DNA of 64,000 bases, taken from Phyllosticta citribraziliensis. Taxonomy: Eukaryota. This document shows positions 1 through 11,080 of this stretch, one piece after another. The notes beneath the pieces were generated by a model. It had not been told where the DNA came from. It searched no databases and saw only the letters and a list, made by a program, of their open reading frames with translations. Location of the stretch: positions 248,001-312,000 of the forward strand of contig NW_027117347.1 in assembly GCF_038025025.1 (NCBI RefSeq), given 5' to 3'. A program made the translations under genes and the position numbers. How positions within the stretch are numbered: position 1 is the stretch's first letter; each line of letters begins with the position of its first letter.

Positions 1-580
1 CGCTTTGGCCGTCGCAAGACAGTCTGCGTCTCGGCTCTCGGCATGTCGTTGTCACTCGTCGTTGCGGCTGCAGCGTTCCATTATATCCCGGTCAACAAAG
101 ACCTCAAGATTGAAACCCAGAGTGTTGGCTGGCCTGGATACCTCGTCCTCACAACCATCATCATTTACATTGGTTTCTTCGCCTCCGGAGTCGCCACCAT
201 CACCTGGGTCGGAACAGAGTTGTTGCCTGTGGAAGTTCGTGCCTTGGGTACCATGACTGTAAGTCGAAATGATGATTTGGAGACCGTGGCTCACACCTAG
301 ACAGAACACTGGAGTAGTCTGGGGCTGCAACATCATCATTGCTTCCACTTTCCTTTCGATGATGAAAAATATAAGCCCAACGGGTGCTTTCGGCTTTTAT
401 TCTGGAATTTGTTTTCTCGGGTGGCTTTTCGTTCTTGTTGGATACCCCGATGTTACTGGTATGCCCCTGGAAACGGTGAGAGAAGTTTACACACACGGCT
501 TTGGCGTCAAGTTTGCGTCGAAGCTCCAAAAGGAGCGCAAGTTTGCAGAGAGAAATGGCGCGCTCATGACAGCGGCCTGA
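1..580 (+). CDS. MFS sugar porter, myo-inositol transporter-like (3' part; 5' end lies outside the window); intron 259-304
   Basis: Spliced translation ...GVATITWVGTELLPVEVRALGTMT|NTGVVWGCNIIIASTFLSMMKNISPTGAFGFY...YPDVTGMPLE matches the C-terminal helices of sugar porters (ITR-like). The GTAAGT...CAG intron restores the frame. Confidence 0.8.
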
Positions 581-618
581 TGCGGGGGATAGCCTTTTAT
601 GGCTAATCTATAGCCTAT

Positions 619-2396
619 TTATACATCTTCGAATTGCCTCACCAACAGACCCTGCTGTTGAAGGTGCTCCTTGACTTGCTTGACGGTGTACTCTCCACGG
701 TGGAACTACATCTGTTAGTAATGTGGTGAGGAGTAAGGGGAGTAACTTACCATTCCCGCACCAAGCGCAGCATCAGTTGGCGTCTTCTCAAACACCTCGG
801 CAAAGTGGCCAGGGTGACCAGCACCACTGCTGGCAATGACGGGAATCTTGATGGAGGCCTTGACGTCATTGATCAACTCGAGGTCAAAGCCGCTGTTGGT
901 GCCGTCCTTGTCGATGCAGTTGAGCAGGATTTCTCCGCACCCCATGACCTCAACAGCCTGTACGAGCTGTATCACGTCAAAGTCGCGAGTCTCCCGGCCA
1001 CCCTTGATCGTGCATGCATACCAGCAGTACTCTTCTCCGTTGGGGCCAGGAGTGGAACTCTTGACGGTGTGGTGAGAGGTGGCTTCGGGCGAGCCCACGT
1101 ACTGACGCTTGGGGTCCACGCTGACGACAACAGCTTGGTTTCCGTATGCCGCGGAAATGGTCTCAATGGCGGTAGTGCCGGCAAGAGTCTTTCCGCGAGC
1201 ATAGTACTCCTCAGCCGCGGTAACGGCATCGGAACCAATGCTGACCTTGTCCGCACCCGACTTGAAGTACATGGACGCAATGTCCAGTGCAGATACCTTG
1301 GTGCCATCCGTGTCCACAGTGTCGCGGATACCACCGCCAATGGTAAGAGGAACGAAGACGGTCTCCGATGTCCGTCGGAGAATCTCCAGCATGGGCGTAT
1401 CAGCGACTGGGCAGTTGCGGAAGGAAGTAATGTTCAAAAAGGTGACCTCGTCTGCGCCTTGTTCGTAGTACTTTCTTGCCATGTCCACAGGCTTGCCCAG
1501 GTTCCGAACAGCACCACCAGCATCGACACCGTCTTTCTCTCTGACGTCATATTGGTCTCCCTTGGTGACGACGAGGTCTCCTTGGTCATTTGTGCGGACA
1601 TCCAGACAGGCAATGACACGACGAGTGAGACCTTCTCTTGCAGCTTGGGCAGACGGCTGCTGCGGTAGCTTGGTCACCTGCTGTCCGTCACAGAATGCCT
1701 TGAGGACTCTGAGACCAGCGGCTCCACTCTTTTCGGGGTGGAACTGAGTCAAAAGCACATTGTCCTTAGCCAGGGCACCGACAAACTCCTCGTTCCCGTA
1801 CCTGGCGGTAGCGACGGTCCATCCTTTGCTTTCAAGCTGACCCTCGACGTAGGGGAGCGCGAACGAGTGGACGTAGTAGTACTTGCTGTCCGGCCTCAGA
1901 CCGTAGACACTGTCTCCAGTGACGTTGCCCGCCCTGGAGGTGTTTGCCGAGTTCCAGCCAATGTGAGGGACCGCCTTGTCCGAGTCGTCGAAGCGCTTCA
2001 AGCTACCAGGAACGAGGCCGATGCCCGAGACCTTTTCACTCTCTTCCGAGCTGTCGCAAAAGGCCTGCAGACCGACGCAGATGCCCATGGTCGGCTTGCC
2101 CGCGGCAATGTGCTTGCGGATGGGTTCGATGTAACCGCCGTTGCCAAATAGGGTCAGACAGTGGCCAAAGTGGCCGACGCCAGGGAAGATGAGTTTCTAC
2201 GGGGAATTGGCCCATCAGCTCTGCCATTGCCATGAGTACAAGGTTCTTGTGAGGGCCACTGTCGTAAACATACCTCGGCGTTGGCGACATCTTCGGGTTT
2301 GCGGACCCACTCGACAGTGTATCCGACTTTTTCAATGGCATTGACGAGAGAGCGGACGTTGCCCGCGACATAGTCGAGGAGGTGAACGGACGGCAT
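619..2396 (-). CDS. HIS7: Imidazole glycerol phosphate synthase, HisH-HisF fusion; introns 2197-2273 and 706-750
   Basis: N-terminus [17 protein letters not shown], glutaminase motifs GICVGLQ and QFHPEKS, cyclase motifs IACLDVR, LTIGGGI and ASSGAG. Last exon reads [12 protein letters not shown]...EDV*. Confidence 0.96.
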
Positions 2397-2453
2397 TTTG
2401 GTGGAGGGGCGAGTTGGTGGAGAGAGCGGCGAGACCACTGTTGATATAATTCT

Positions 2454-2460
2454 TGACTCA
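2454..2460. promoter_or_regulatory. Gcn4/CpcA-type site TGACTCA in the 210-bp HIS7/IMP3 divergent promoter
   Basis: Perfect TGACTCA about 60 bp upstream of the HIS7 ATG. Histidine genes are established cross-pathway control targets. Confidence 0.6.
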
Positions 2461-2606
2461 CGCCCGCGGGCAACGACTTTTCTGCTTGCCCTACGTTATC
2501 GATAACGAAATTTCCGCCGCAGAATCGCCTCAACACCAAGAGACATCACGGCGGTCTGCTACCTCCCGACACTCTTTCACTCCGACCATCCACCACATCC
2601 GCCACC

Positions 2607-3226
2607 ATGGTCCGCAAGCTCAAGCACCACGAGTCCAAGCTCCTCCGCAAGGTCGACTTCACGACCTACAAATCCGACAACAACCACCGCGACGCGCTCG
2701 TCATCCGGCGCTACGCCATCCAAAACCCGTCCGACTACACCAAGTACAACCGGCTATGCGGATCGCTGCGACAACTCGCACACCGGCTCTCGCTACTCGA
2801 TCCGGGCGACCCGGTCCGCCAGAAGCATGAGAAGCTGCTCATCGAGAAGCTCGAGGACCTGGGCATCCTCGGCACCGGCGAGGGCAGCCGCAAGCTGAGC
2901 GACGTCGAGCGCAAGGTCACTGTGTCGGCGCTGTGCAGGCGGAGGCTGGGCGTCGTCATGACGCGCCTGCACATGGCGGATACGGTGCAGGCTGCCATCA
3001 AGTTCATCGAACAAGGCCACGTGCGCGTTGGCCCGGAGGTCATTACGGATCCGGCATTCCTGGTCTCGAGGTGCGTCTTATTGTGGATTCAATTCTGGCG
3101 GCGACTGACTGATTCCTGTGCAGAAACCTTGAAGACTTTGTCACTTGGGTCGACTCTTCCAAGATCAAGCGCAACATTCTCAAGTACCGCGACCAGCTGG
3201 ACGACTTTGACCTAGAGAGAGCATGA
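2607..3226 (+). CDS. IMP3: U3 snoRNP protein Imp3; intron 3071-3123
   Basis: [19 protein letters not shown]-terminus, S4-like [10 protein letters not shown]...IEQGHVRVG, and spliced C-terminus [28 protein letters not shown]. Confidence 0.96.
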
Positions 3227-3552
3227 TTGCGTTCCTCCCGGAGCACGAAGAGGGCGAGGAACAAATGGGCATTTCAAGGCGTTTGGCGCACGTGGGAAAA
3301 AGGATGGAGCATCTCAGGGAAAAGATATCCAACAACAATATCATCGCATATTTGTCGACACAACATGAGAAGACTTGCGCCGCTTTTCAGGGAAATCAAC
3401 GCGGCCTGCGCATTCACCAACTTCTAGCCGGCGTGCGTTGTCAGGGACTGATTGGATATTCTAGAGCCATGTCCGACCTCCGCACTCGTGTTCATCCAAA
3501 GCCAGCTACAGGCGAGTAGACACCGCATTCCTGCAATAAACTAATCACCGTC

Positions 3553-6477
3553 CTACCCCTTCCCCTCAAAGAAACTTCTCACACCCCTCACCACCTCCCC
3601 CACACCCCTCCCCTCCCTCAAACTGCCCCTAATCCATCCCGGCAACTTCTCCCTAATCCTAACCCCATCATACCGCCTATCCAGCAGCAAAATACTCGCG
3701 TAATCCCCTCGATGCCGTATTGCACGCCCGACACACTGATTGACAGCCCGCATACACGCATTTTCGTAAAACTCCCTCGCCGCAGCTTTCCCCACCTCTC
3801 CCTTCCCCTGTCCACTACTCAAGTCACTCCGCTCGACCGCTTTCTGCGACACATACGCCATCTTGGCGCGCCACTCGGCCGAATGTGCGTTCGGAAATGG
3901 CAGACCGACGACGGCAACCCCGCGGCCTAGCGCGTCGCTGAAGTTGATGCCTTCGGAGAGCGACCCGCCCACGACGGCGAGCAGGAGTGCTCCGCGTCCG
4001 CAGCCGCTCGTCACGGCGGAAGTGTAGGCGGCGAGGACGGACTCGTTGGACGCGGGTTGAGCTTGAGACAGCTGCTGATGCGCAGCTTTGGCTTCGTGGA
4101 AGACGGGCTTGACGGCGTGGAGAGCGTCGAAGAGGGAGGGGGACGACGACGACGATGACGGCGCTGCAGCGTGCTTCCACGCCTTGACGCACTGGTCCAG
4201 GTACGCGTAACTGGGAAAGAAGACGACGACGCCGTCGGGTATCGCCGAGGCGAACTGAAGAATCGCCAGACCGAGGTCTGCCAGCATGGCCGGCGCGTTG
4301 CGCTTCTCAAAGGTAAACTCGAACGGCGCGCCGCTGGGGCCATGGGTCACGGGCCAGGCGAGCAGGTTGGAGGGAGGGATTACGTGCCCGCAGGACAACG
4401 TCGTGATGCGCTCGCGCGGGAGGTACGAGAAGAGGTGCTGCTCGTAGTCGGACATCTGCGGTCGTCAGCTTGTTATTCTGCAATGACAAGAGGGTGCTTT
4501 GCATGCGTACGGGCGACATTGTTCCTCCTGCTAGTATCACGGCGCGCGCCTCTTCGACGATTTCGCGGAAGTGGTGTGTCGGGTCTAGCAGCATGTACTT
4601 CAGACACGCACCCAGACTGTCGTCGTTTTTGGCGTAGAAGAAGCGACCTTCGGCGGAGGGATTGAGCAACGCAGCAAAGAAGCTCTGAACATGCGTCAAG
4701 ACGGGTACATGCAGACTGGGAGAACTCTTCAGCTGCTGAGGTCGAGCGCCGCCGCTCTGATTGTTGGCCTGCTCTTCCGCGTGCACAATGTACCCGTCGA
4801 CCTTGCGGGCCAGCTTGCTTTCCTGGAGATAGCGGAGGAGTTTGTACAGGTTGATCTGATCGACGCCCTTGCCGGCCATCAAGTCGCCCACCTTGACGAC
4901 GCCCTCTGCATCTTTAGCCTGCGCAGCACTGCCAGTCAAATAGCCAACCAACGAGTCCAATAACCGCACAGTCTGCGCCACGTACACCCTATTCTTGCCC
5001 TTCAGCCGATTGCGGAATTTCTGAAGGTACGTCGTGAGCTGCGCCCGCGACCTCTGCAGCTGCGCCAGCGACACCGAGACTGAGTAGATGCCGGCGATCG
5101 AGTCCATGAGGTTGTGCGCCTCGTCGATGATGACGACGTGGTCCTTCATGCTGATGTCGAGCGCCTCGCGTGCCGACTTTTGCAGCAGCAGCGGATACGG
5201 CAGCGTCACGATTTCGCTCGGCTTGACGGCCGCGCGCGACGCGTAGTACGGGCAAATTCCCAGCTGCTTCCCCACGGCCCCTAGCTCCTCAATGTCGCGG
5301 ATCTCTGCCAGTGCGTGGTCCCGAAAGTCGTGGACAACCGTCTCGGTCTCCTTGGTCGGCAGAAACGGACATTTGTGGTCTTGGGGTGTTCCGGGCTTCT
5401 GCAGGTCGAGGCACTTTTCGTTCACAGCGGCTGTGCTCCCCAGCCTGGATACTTTGGGGTTGATGCAGAGATTCTTTCTCGAGCCCAGTGTCAGATGCTT
5501 GAAGTCTTCTTCCGGCTCTTTTGAAACTTCGCAACCCGTGTTGGACTTGTCTGGCGGCTCCGTCGAGATGGCCGGCGGCATTTTGACGCGGCGCAACTCG
5601 CTGGCAAACTGTTGTAGCTGCGAGTGCGTCCGCGAGCAGTAGAAGATTTTCAACTCATCCGGCTCTTCAACATCTTCCTCCACTTTCTTCCGGTCGACGG
5701 GCATGCCGAGCTTCTTCATCAAGGCGACAGTTTCCGCTGAGAAGCCCAGGTCAGAGCTCGCCTTGCTTTTCGCCTTTTGGGCGTGCTCATCCTCGCTTTC
5801 GTAGTCATCCAGTAAAAAGCGAGCCTCGTCATCCTTCTCGTCGTCTGCTTCTGTTGTCGAAATCTTTTGCCGTTTGCGATGCGGCTCGCCGTTCGAGTGG
5901 CGTTCTTTCAGCTTGCGCTCTCTCGCGCGAACGCGAGCTGTTCTCTTTTCTAGCTGCTGTCGTTGGTGCAGAGCGGCTCGGCGTTTTTCCTCTCGGGCAT
6001 GTTCAAGCATCCAGTCCGGTTCGTCATCGTCTGAGCGCGCGATCAGTTTGAGCGGTCGTTGCTGCGTGGATTACGCGTACAGACCTACAGCATCGACCGA
6101 GAGTCCTTCTTCAAACTTGACTCGCTTATAATTGCGCAGCCAAGTCAACGACCCGCAAATGAGACTGAGAGACTTTCCCTGTGCCGTGTCAGTATTCTGC
6201 ATCAAGACTTGGCCTGCATAGCTCTTTTCTTTAAGGGACGGAATCATGGAAGAGAAAGAAAAGTCTCACCGTTCCTACGCCGAATTAGCCTCATGAACCT
6301 TTCAGCTCTCCAACATGACGCACCAGTCGGACTCTCGAAAATGCCAACCTGGCCTTGGTCGATGCACCGGTACAGCGCGCTCATAAACTGCGTCTGTATG
6401 TCATAAGGCTCGTAGGGATGATGAAACTTGCGAGCCTGCGCAGCTTCGAGGCCAGGGACATGGTTCGTGGAGCCCAT
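3553..6477 (-). CDS. CHL1: Fe-S DEAH DNA helicase Chl1/DDX11; multi-exon, includes a 5-nt microexon at 6270-6274
   Basis: FHHPYEPYDIQ, Walker A ESPTGTGKS (assembled over three exons), YCSRTHSQL, Fe-S cysteines (KNLC, NEKC, KCPF, CPYY), IIDEAHNL, LAGGTMSP, SEGINFSD, NQCVGRAIRH. Confidence 0.93.
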
Positions 6478-7215
6478 CTGGTTTGAAGCGCGCGGTACTC
6501 GAAGAGGAAGGGATGCGAGGTGCAGAGAAGTGGGAATCGCGGGTGACGCGATTGGACGCGTCGCACTTCCGAGACATCTCCGCTGAATCGACATCTCCGG
6601 CTGATGGAAGGCCAGGCATCTCAGGCATCAACTCGAGTGCAACTACATCTCATCTTTCACGTCTTTGGCTTTCGATCTCCTTATTCGATTTGCTGGCACC
6701 TTCGCCAGTAACCAGCTTGGGTATGTTCTTCCCTTCATTCCTCAGTTCTGTAGGCCTGCTCCTGGCGCCTAGCCACGTTTTTATGTAGATTCGATCGACC
6801 TCTTGGATTCGAATTCGATGTTCACGGGCTCAGCGAACTTGGGCGCAAAGGATTGACCACTGCTGCTTCTGTACACAATACTTCCTTGTCGTTGTGCTTC
6901 GCTTTTTCCTTCCTTTCGGCAGTCAATAAGACTGAGCTGAGCTGGGCTTGGCGAGGTAGACTGTGTTGCCCCAGGGGTAAACAGCCAGCGTATAAACAGA
7001 GTATGCGTGGAGCACACACCCAGCCAACATCGACGTCGTCCAAGCCTTCTCTCGAGAAGATGTGAAAACAATCAAGTGAAGTGGAGTGTACAGTACAAAT
7101 CCATCCACACAACTTTTAGGGTATCCATCTTTCGCCCCTCCTGCCCGTTCTCCAGGCCTTCCATGATGGGGGGCGAGAACATGCCATTCTACTCTTCTCA
7201 TCCCTTTTCGCCATG

Positions 7216-9574
7216 TCAATCACAACTCCTGTCCTCTTCTACCTCACCGAAATCTTCCGCGTTGCCCTTGAATTTATTTTCCCACTTCCGCACCTTCCAT
7301 TTCGCGCCGTTGACTGCCCCCTTCCTTCCCGACAACTCGGGCTTCTCCCCCGTGTGCTCCTCCCAAAAACCGTCATTCTGCAGCGAGGCAAAGTTCATGG
7401 GCCTCAGTTGGTCGCGCTCATCGGCCTTGCGCTTCTTCGCAACATCACCTGGGTGCGATTTTTTGCGCTTCGTGGGGTTTGTCCAGCCACGCACGATCTC
7501 GCCAGCTTTTGAATCCTTCGGTGTAGTTTCGGCCGGCAAGATGCCCGCCTCCATCCGCCGGCGCAGAAAGGCGTTGTAGTCGGCAATAGCGTCGGCATTC
7601 CGCAGCACAGCGATGCGGGGCTCCCATACGGCGTCGATGGTAGCGCGATCCGGGTGTGGCGTCGCCTCCGAGAAGAGGATCTTACCGTCATGACCGTATG
7701 GGGGGAGCTTGAAGCCCTTGTCGCTCTTCTCGTACTCGGCAATCTCGAGAATCTTTTTCCAGCCGCCGTCTATCTGACGAAGGACGTGGCTCTTCCTCTT
7801 GAGCTGGGCGTAGCGCTCTTTGTCGTTTCTGAGGACGAAAGCCGACTTGGGCGGTGGGGGTTTCCTGCCCAGTACCCTATTCCTGATCTCTTTTTCTTCC
7901 TCTTTGATGCGCTCAAGACGGGGCCGCCACCCCGGGCACATGAAGGCTTGCATCTCGCGTATGACGTACTCGCCTCTCCACACCCAAACGTTGACTCCGT
8001 CGTGCATTCCCGTAGAATATATCTTTTCCAGCTCGAAGGTGTTGGCGAGCACGTTGCCGCCCATGTCCGTCCAGATGTAGGTCTTTTTGTCCTGCTTTTC
8101 GCGCACGTACGGCGGTATCGGCCCGCAAATGTCAATGTGCCGCATGGAGTTGCGCTTTTCAAAGGGAAGACGCTCCTTGTGCGGGTCTTGGTAAGTGTAG
8201 CTCAACGGGAGTAAGCTTGGCGGGTCCTCGTCCTCTCCCTCTTTATTGAGCTTTTGCAACGCCCGATTGCGTGCTTCCAACTCTCTTTGTTGTGACGCCT
8301 TTTCGTACGCAATCCGCGCCAGTTGCCGCTTATACAAATCTTGCACGACTGCCTCGAGCGGGGGCGCCTTTTCCATAGGATCATTTTCCTTTGCCTTGAG
8401 CGGCGGCGCCTTTCCCGTAGGACCATCTCCCTGTTCAGGCCTGTAACTCTCCTTGTCACCAATCTCTTGTCCTTTCTGAGGCAAACCCGCCCTCTCGTGT
8501 TGACTTCGACGCAGCATCTTCCTGGCATCTCGAGCCCAAACCGCCCTCTCCTTTTCGCTTGGAGGAGCGTACCCTGGCCGTGTGCATTTCCAGAGAAGCT
8601 TCCACATGTCATTTTCAGACTTGGGACGCGTACTGCGGATTTGGACGCGCCAAAAGCACGTGGGGCCGAGGAAATTCATTGTGTACCTCAACTTTGGGGC
8701 ATTCTGATTTTCCTGCGCTGAGCAGTCAGTGGGCGTGTCCGAGGATTGGAGGGGCTACGTAGAGACTCACCTCTGCCTTGCCTCCCCATAGCGTCAGCGC
8801 AAGCGGCTGAATCACGTCCTCAAACGGTCCAAATGGGATGATGTCTGGTTTTTTGACCACGGGTTTTTTCATGTCTTGTTGCTTCGTCTGTTTCTTGGCT
8901 TTCTTGGCCAGGATCTCTTCGAGGACTGCCTTCTCTATCTTCTCTACGTCGGCCGGACTAAGCAAGGGTTCGGACGAAACACCAAGCAGAAGTTTTTCGA
9001 GTCCCTCGTCCGCTACATGTCTGTCCGTCGCCACCTTCTTGCGTTTCATGGCCGCGAGCTTGGGACCTGGCACGGGTTTCCTGCCCAATCTCTCTGACTT
9101 GTCTGACTTCTCTGGCTCCTTTGGCTTGTCTGGCGTATCTTTCTCTGACTGCTTTGGATTCTCTGGCTCCTCTACCTTCGCGGGTTCTCCTTCCTCAGAT
9201 GGTCCAGAGACAGGTACTTTAGGTTTCTGTTTGTCCTGTGCCTTGGCATCCTTAATAGCTTTCCACTTTGCCTTTGCCGCCTTCTTCGCTTTTATTTTCT
9301 CGTACACCAAATCTTGCCACCTCGCCGTGTGCGAAAAAGACCGATAGGATCCTGAAACTGGAGACAGGGGCTGTGAAAGAGCGGCGCTTGTCTGCAACTG
9401 TAGTCTCGTCGTTGTCGGATGTATGGGAAATGCCGTCGCGGCGGTGGTGGAAAAAGTGGCGCGAGTCGCGGAGGCTCCGCGGCGGCGGGCCGTTGCCAAT
9501 GCTAACCTCCAGCGGGTCGGGAGGCGCGCGTGTGAAAGGGGAAGCATCCCACTCAGCGATCGCGCTGATTGCAC
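7216..9574 (-). CDS. Hypothetical Lys-rich protein with a probable mitochondrial presequence; intron 8713-8770
   Basis: Two long ORFs are joined in frame by a GTGAGT...CTGAC...CAG intron. The N-terminus is Arg/Ser/Thr/Ala-rich and lacks acidic residues. No family recognised; the start could instead be the second Met. Confidence 0.7.
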
Positions 9575-9717
9575 TCGAAGATTGATGAGCGGGCGGGTGT
9601 GAAGACGGGAGCGCGAAAGACGTGGGTTCGATGTTAGCGCGAGGCGGCTGACTTTCGGAGGTTCTGCCGGCGCGCTAAGCAGGGGTCCTGAGCAGCAACC
9701 TATGTGCCCCTCAATTC

Positions 9718-10002
9718 ACTACCACCCCTGAGTGGGCGTCCAAACGAACATTTTAGGCATCTAAATCAAGTTATTTAATAGATACCTACTAGTAGTAAGA
9801 TAATCTACTTAATTTAGGCATCTACCTATATACCTAGGGGCTAAACCTGAGTTATATGTATAGAACTTAGTAATACTCTATAAAGTACTTATATACTTAA
9901 TACTATAGAAGATACGCCTAATTTACTAGTACTAGTATAAAGAGTTATATATAAATTATTTAACTATACCTATTAAGCTTTTTATATAATTAGTAGTAGT
10001 AA

Positions 10003-10033
<31 letters not shown>

Positions 10034-10208
10034 TAGGTATAAGTTAATTATTACCTAAAAATACCTAAAATCTAGGGAGTTTTAGCCCCTAAGTGTGTAG
10101 GTAGATGCCTAAATTAAGTAGATTATCTTACTACTAGTAGGTATCTATTAAATAACTTGATTTAGACGCTTAAAATATTTATTTAGACGCCCACCTAGGG
10201 GTGGTTGT
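9718..10208. mobile_element. Non-autonomous MITE-like element (~490 bp) with ~128-bp terminal inverted repeats, RIP-mutated
   Basis: 9718-9845 is the reverse complement of 10081-10208, with mismatches almost all C/T or G/A. The element is abruptly AT- and TpA-rich against a GC-rich background and has no ORF. No clear target-site duplication. Confidence 0.85.
9991..10032 (+). repeat. (TAG)n microsatellite inside the MITE
   Basis: tagtagtagtaatagtagtagtag... run. Confidence 0.9.
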
Positions 10209-11080
10209 TAAATGAGGGTAACAACCTACAGCAGGAGGCACTTCTGGGACGAACAGGAATTCTCGGCAACTGAAAACCAACATTGTCACCGGCTCGGATT
10301 GAAGCGTATCTCCGGATTCGGCTTCGTCGGTTGGGTTGATTCGAAGTGGAAAGCAATTGACCTCCTCTGCCACCACCACCACCAACAAGACGGAGCGGCT
10401 CGCTGTTGATTTACTCCATTCGTCGCTGCCACCGCTAGGCTTTGATTCTCTACATGTACGTCCTGTCCTGGTCATTTGAGAATTATCAACTCAAATATAT
10501 CAAGTTGGCATAGACCACGTCGGCGAAGCATTCATGCTTTCTCAAAGAACAGCCCAAGAAATTCTGCGGACTAACGACGTCCACCGTGGGGAGCGATTTC
10601 TTTTCCTCTTGGAGTAGTAGCAGACTTCAAGCCTGAAGCTATTCAATTTGTGTGAATGGTAAGTGAAGATTCGGCTCATGGCGGGGGTAATCACAATCAG
10701 CATCTTCTAGTCATCCACGATTCGACCAAATGCGAAAGCGAAAGCTTGTCATGGAAGCTGCAGGTCATGGACGACAAGAAGTACGTGATGGTTAAAAATT
10801 AGCTCAAGATACGCTGCGGTACAAAGGTCTTGTACCCGGAACTAACCAGGCATTCTTTTGGTTCCCGCACTGAGCCTTTGGTCTACCCGGTTAAGCTATC
10901 GTGTAGAAATGCTGCATTTTTGCATACTTACTCGACATTTTGCATGGAGCAGTCACTGATCAATCCTGGTAGGTGTTGGCATTTAGTAGACTAATATGCC
11001 GATACCCCCGTGTTCTCGCCCTTCTCTCTGAGAACATCTCAGAAAGAAACCCGCCTTGAATGCACCAGCAACCCTTCATC

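Noticed and set aside
9718..10208. CRISPR array, tRNA or rRNA explanation for repeats here or elsewhere in the window
   Set aside because: Eukaryotic sequence with no repeat-spacer array or recognisable RNA-gene motifs.
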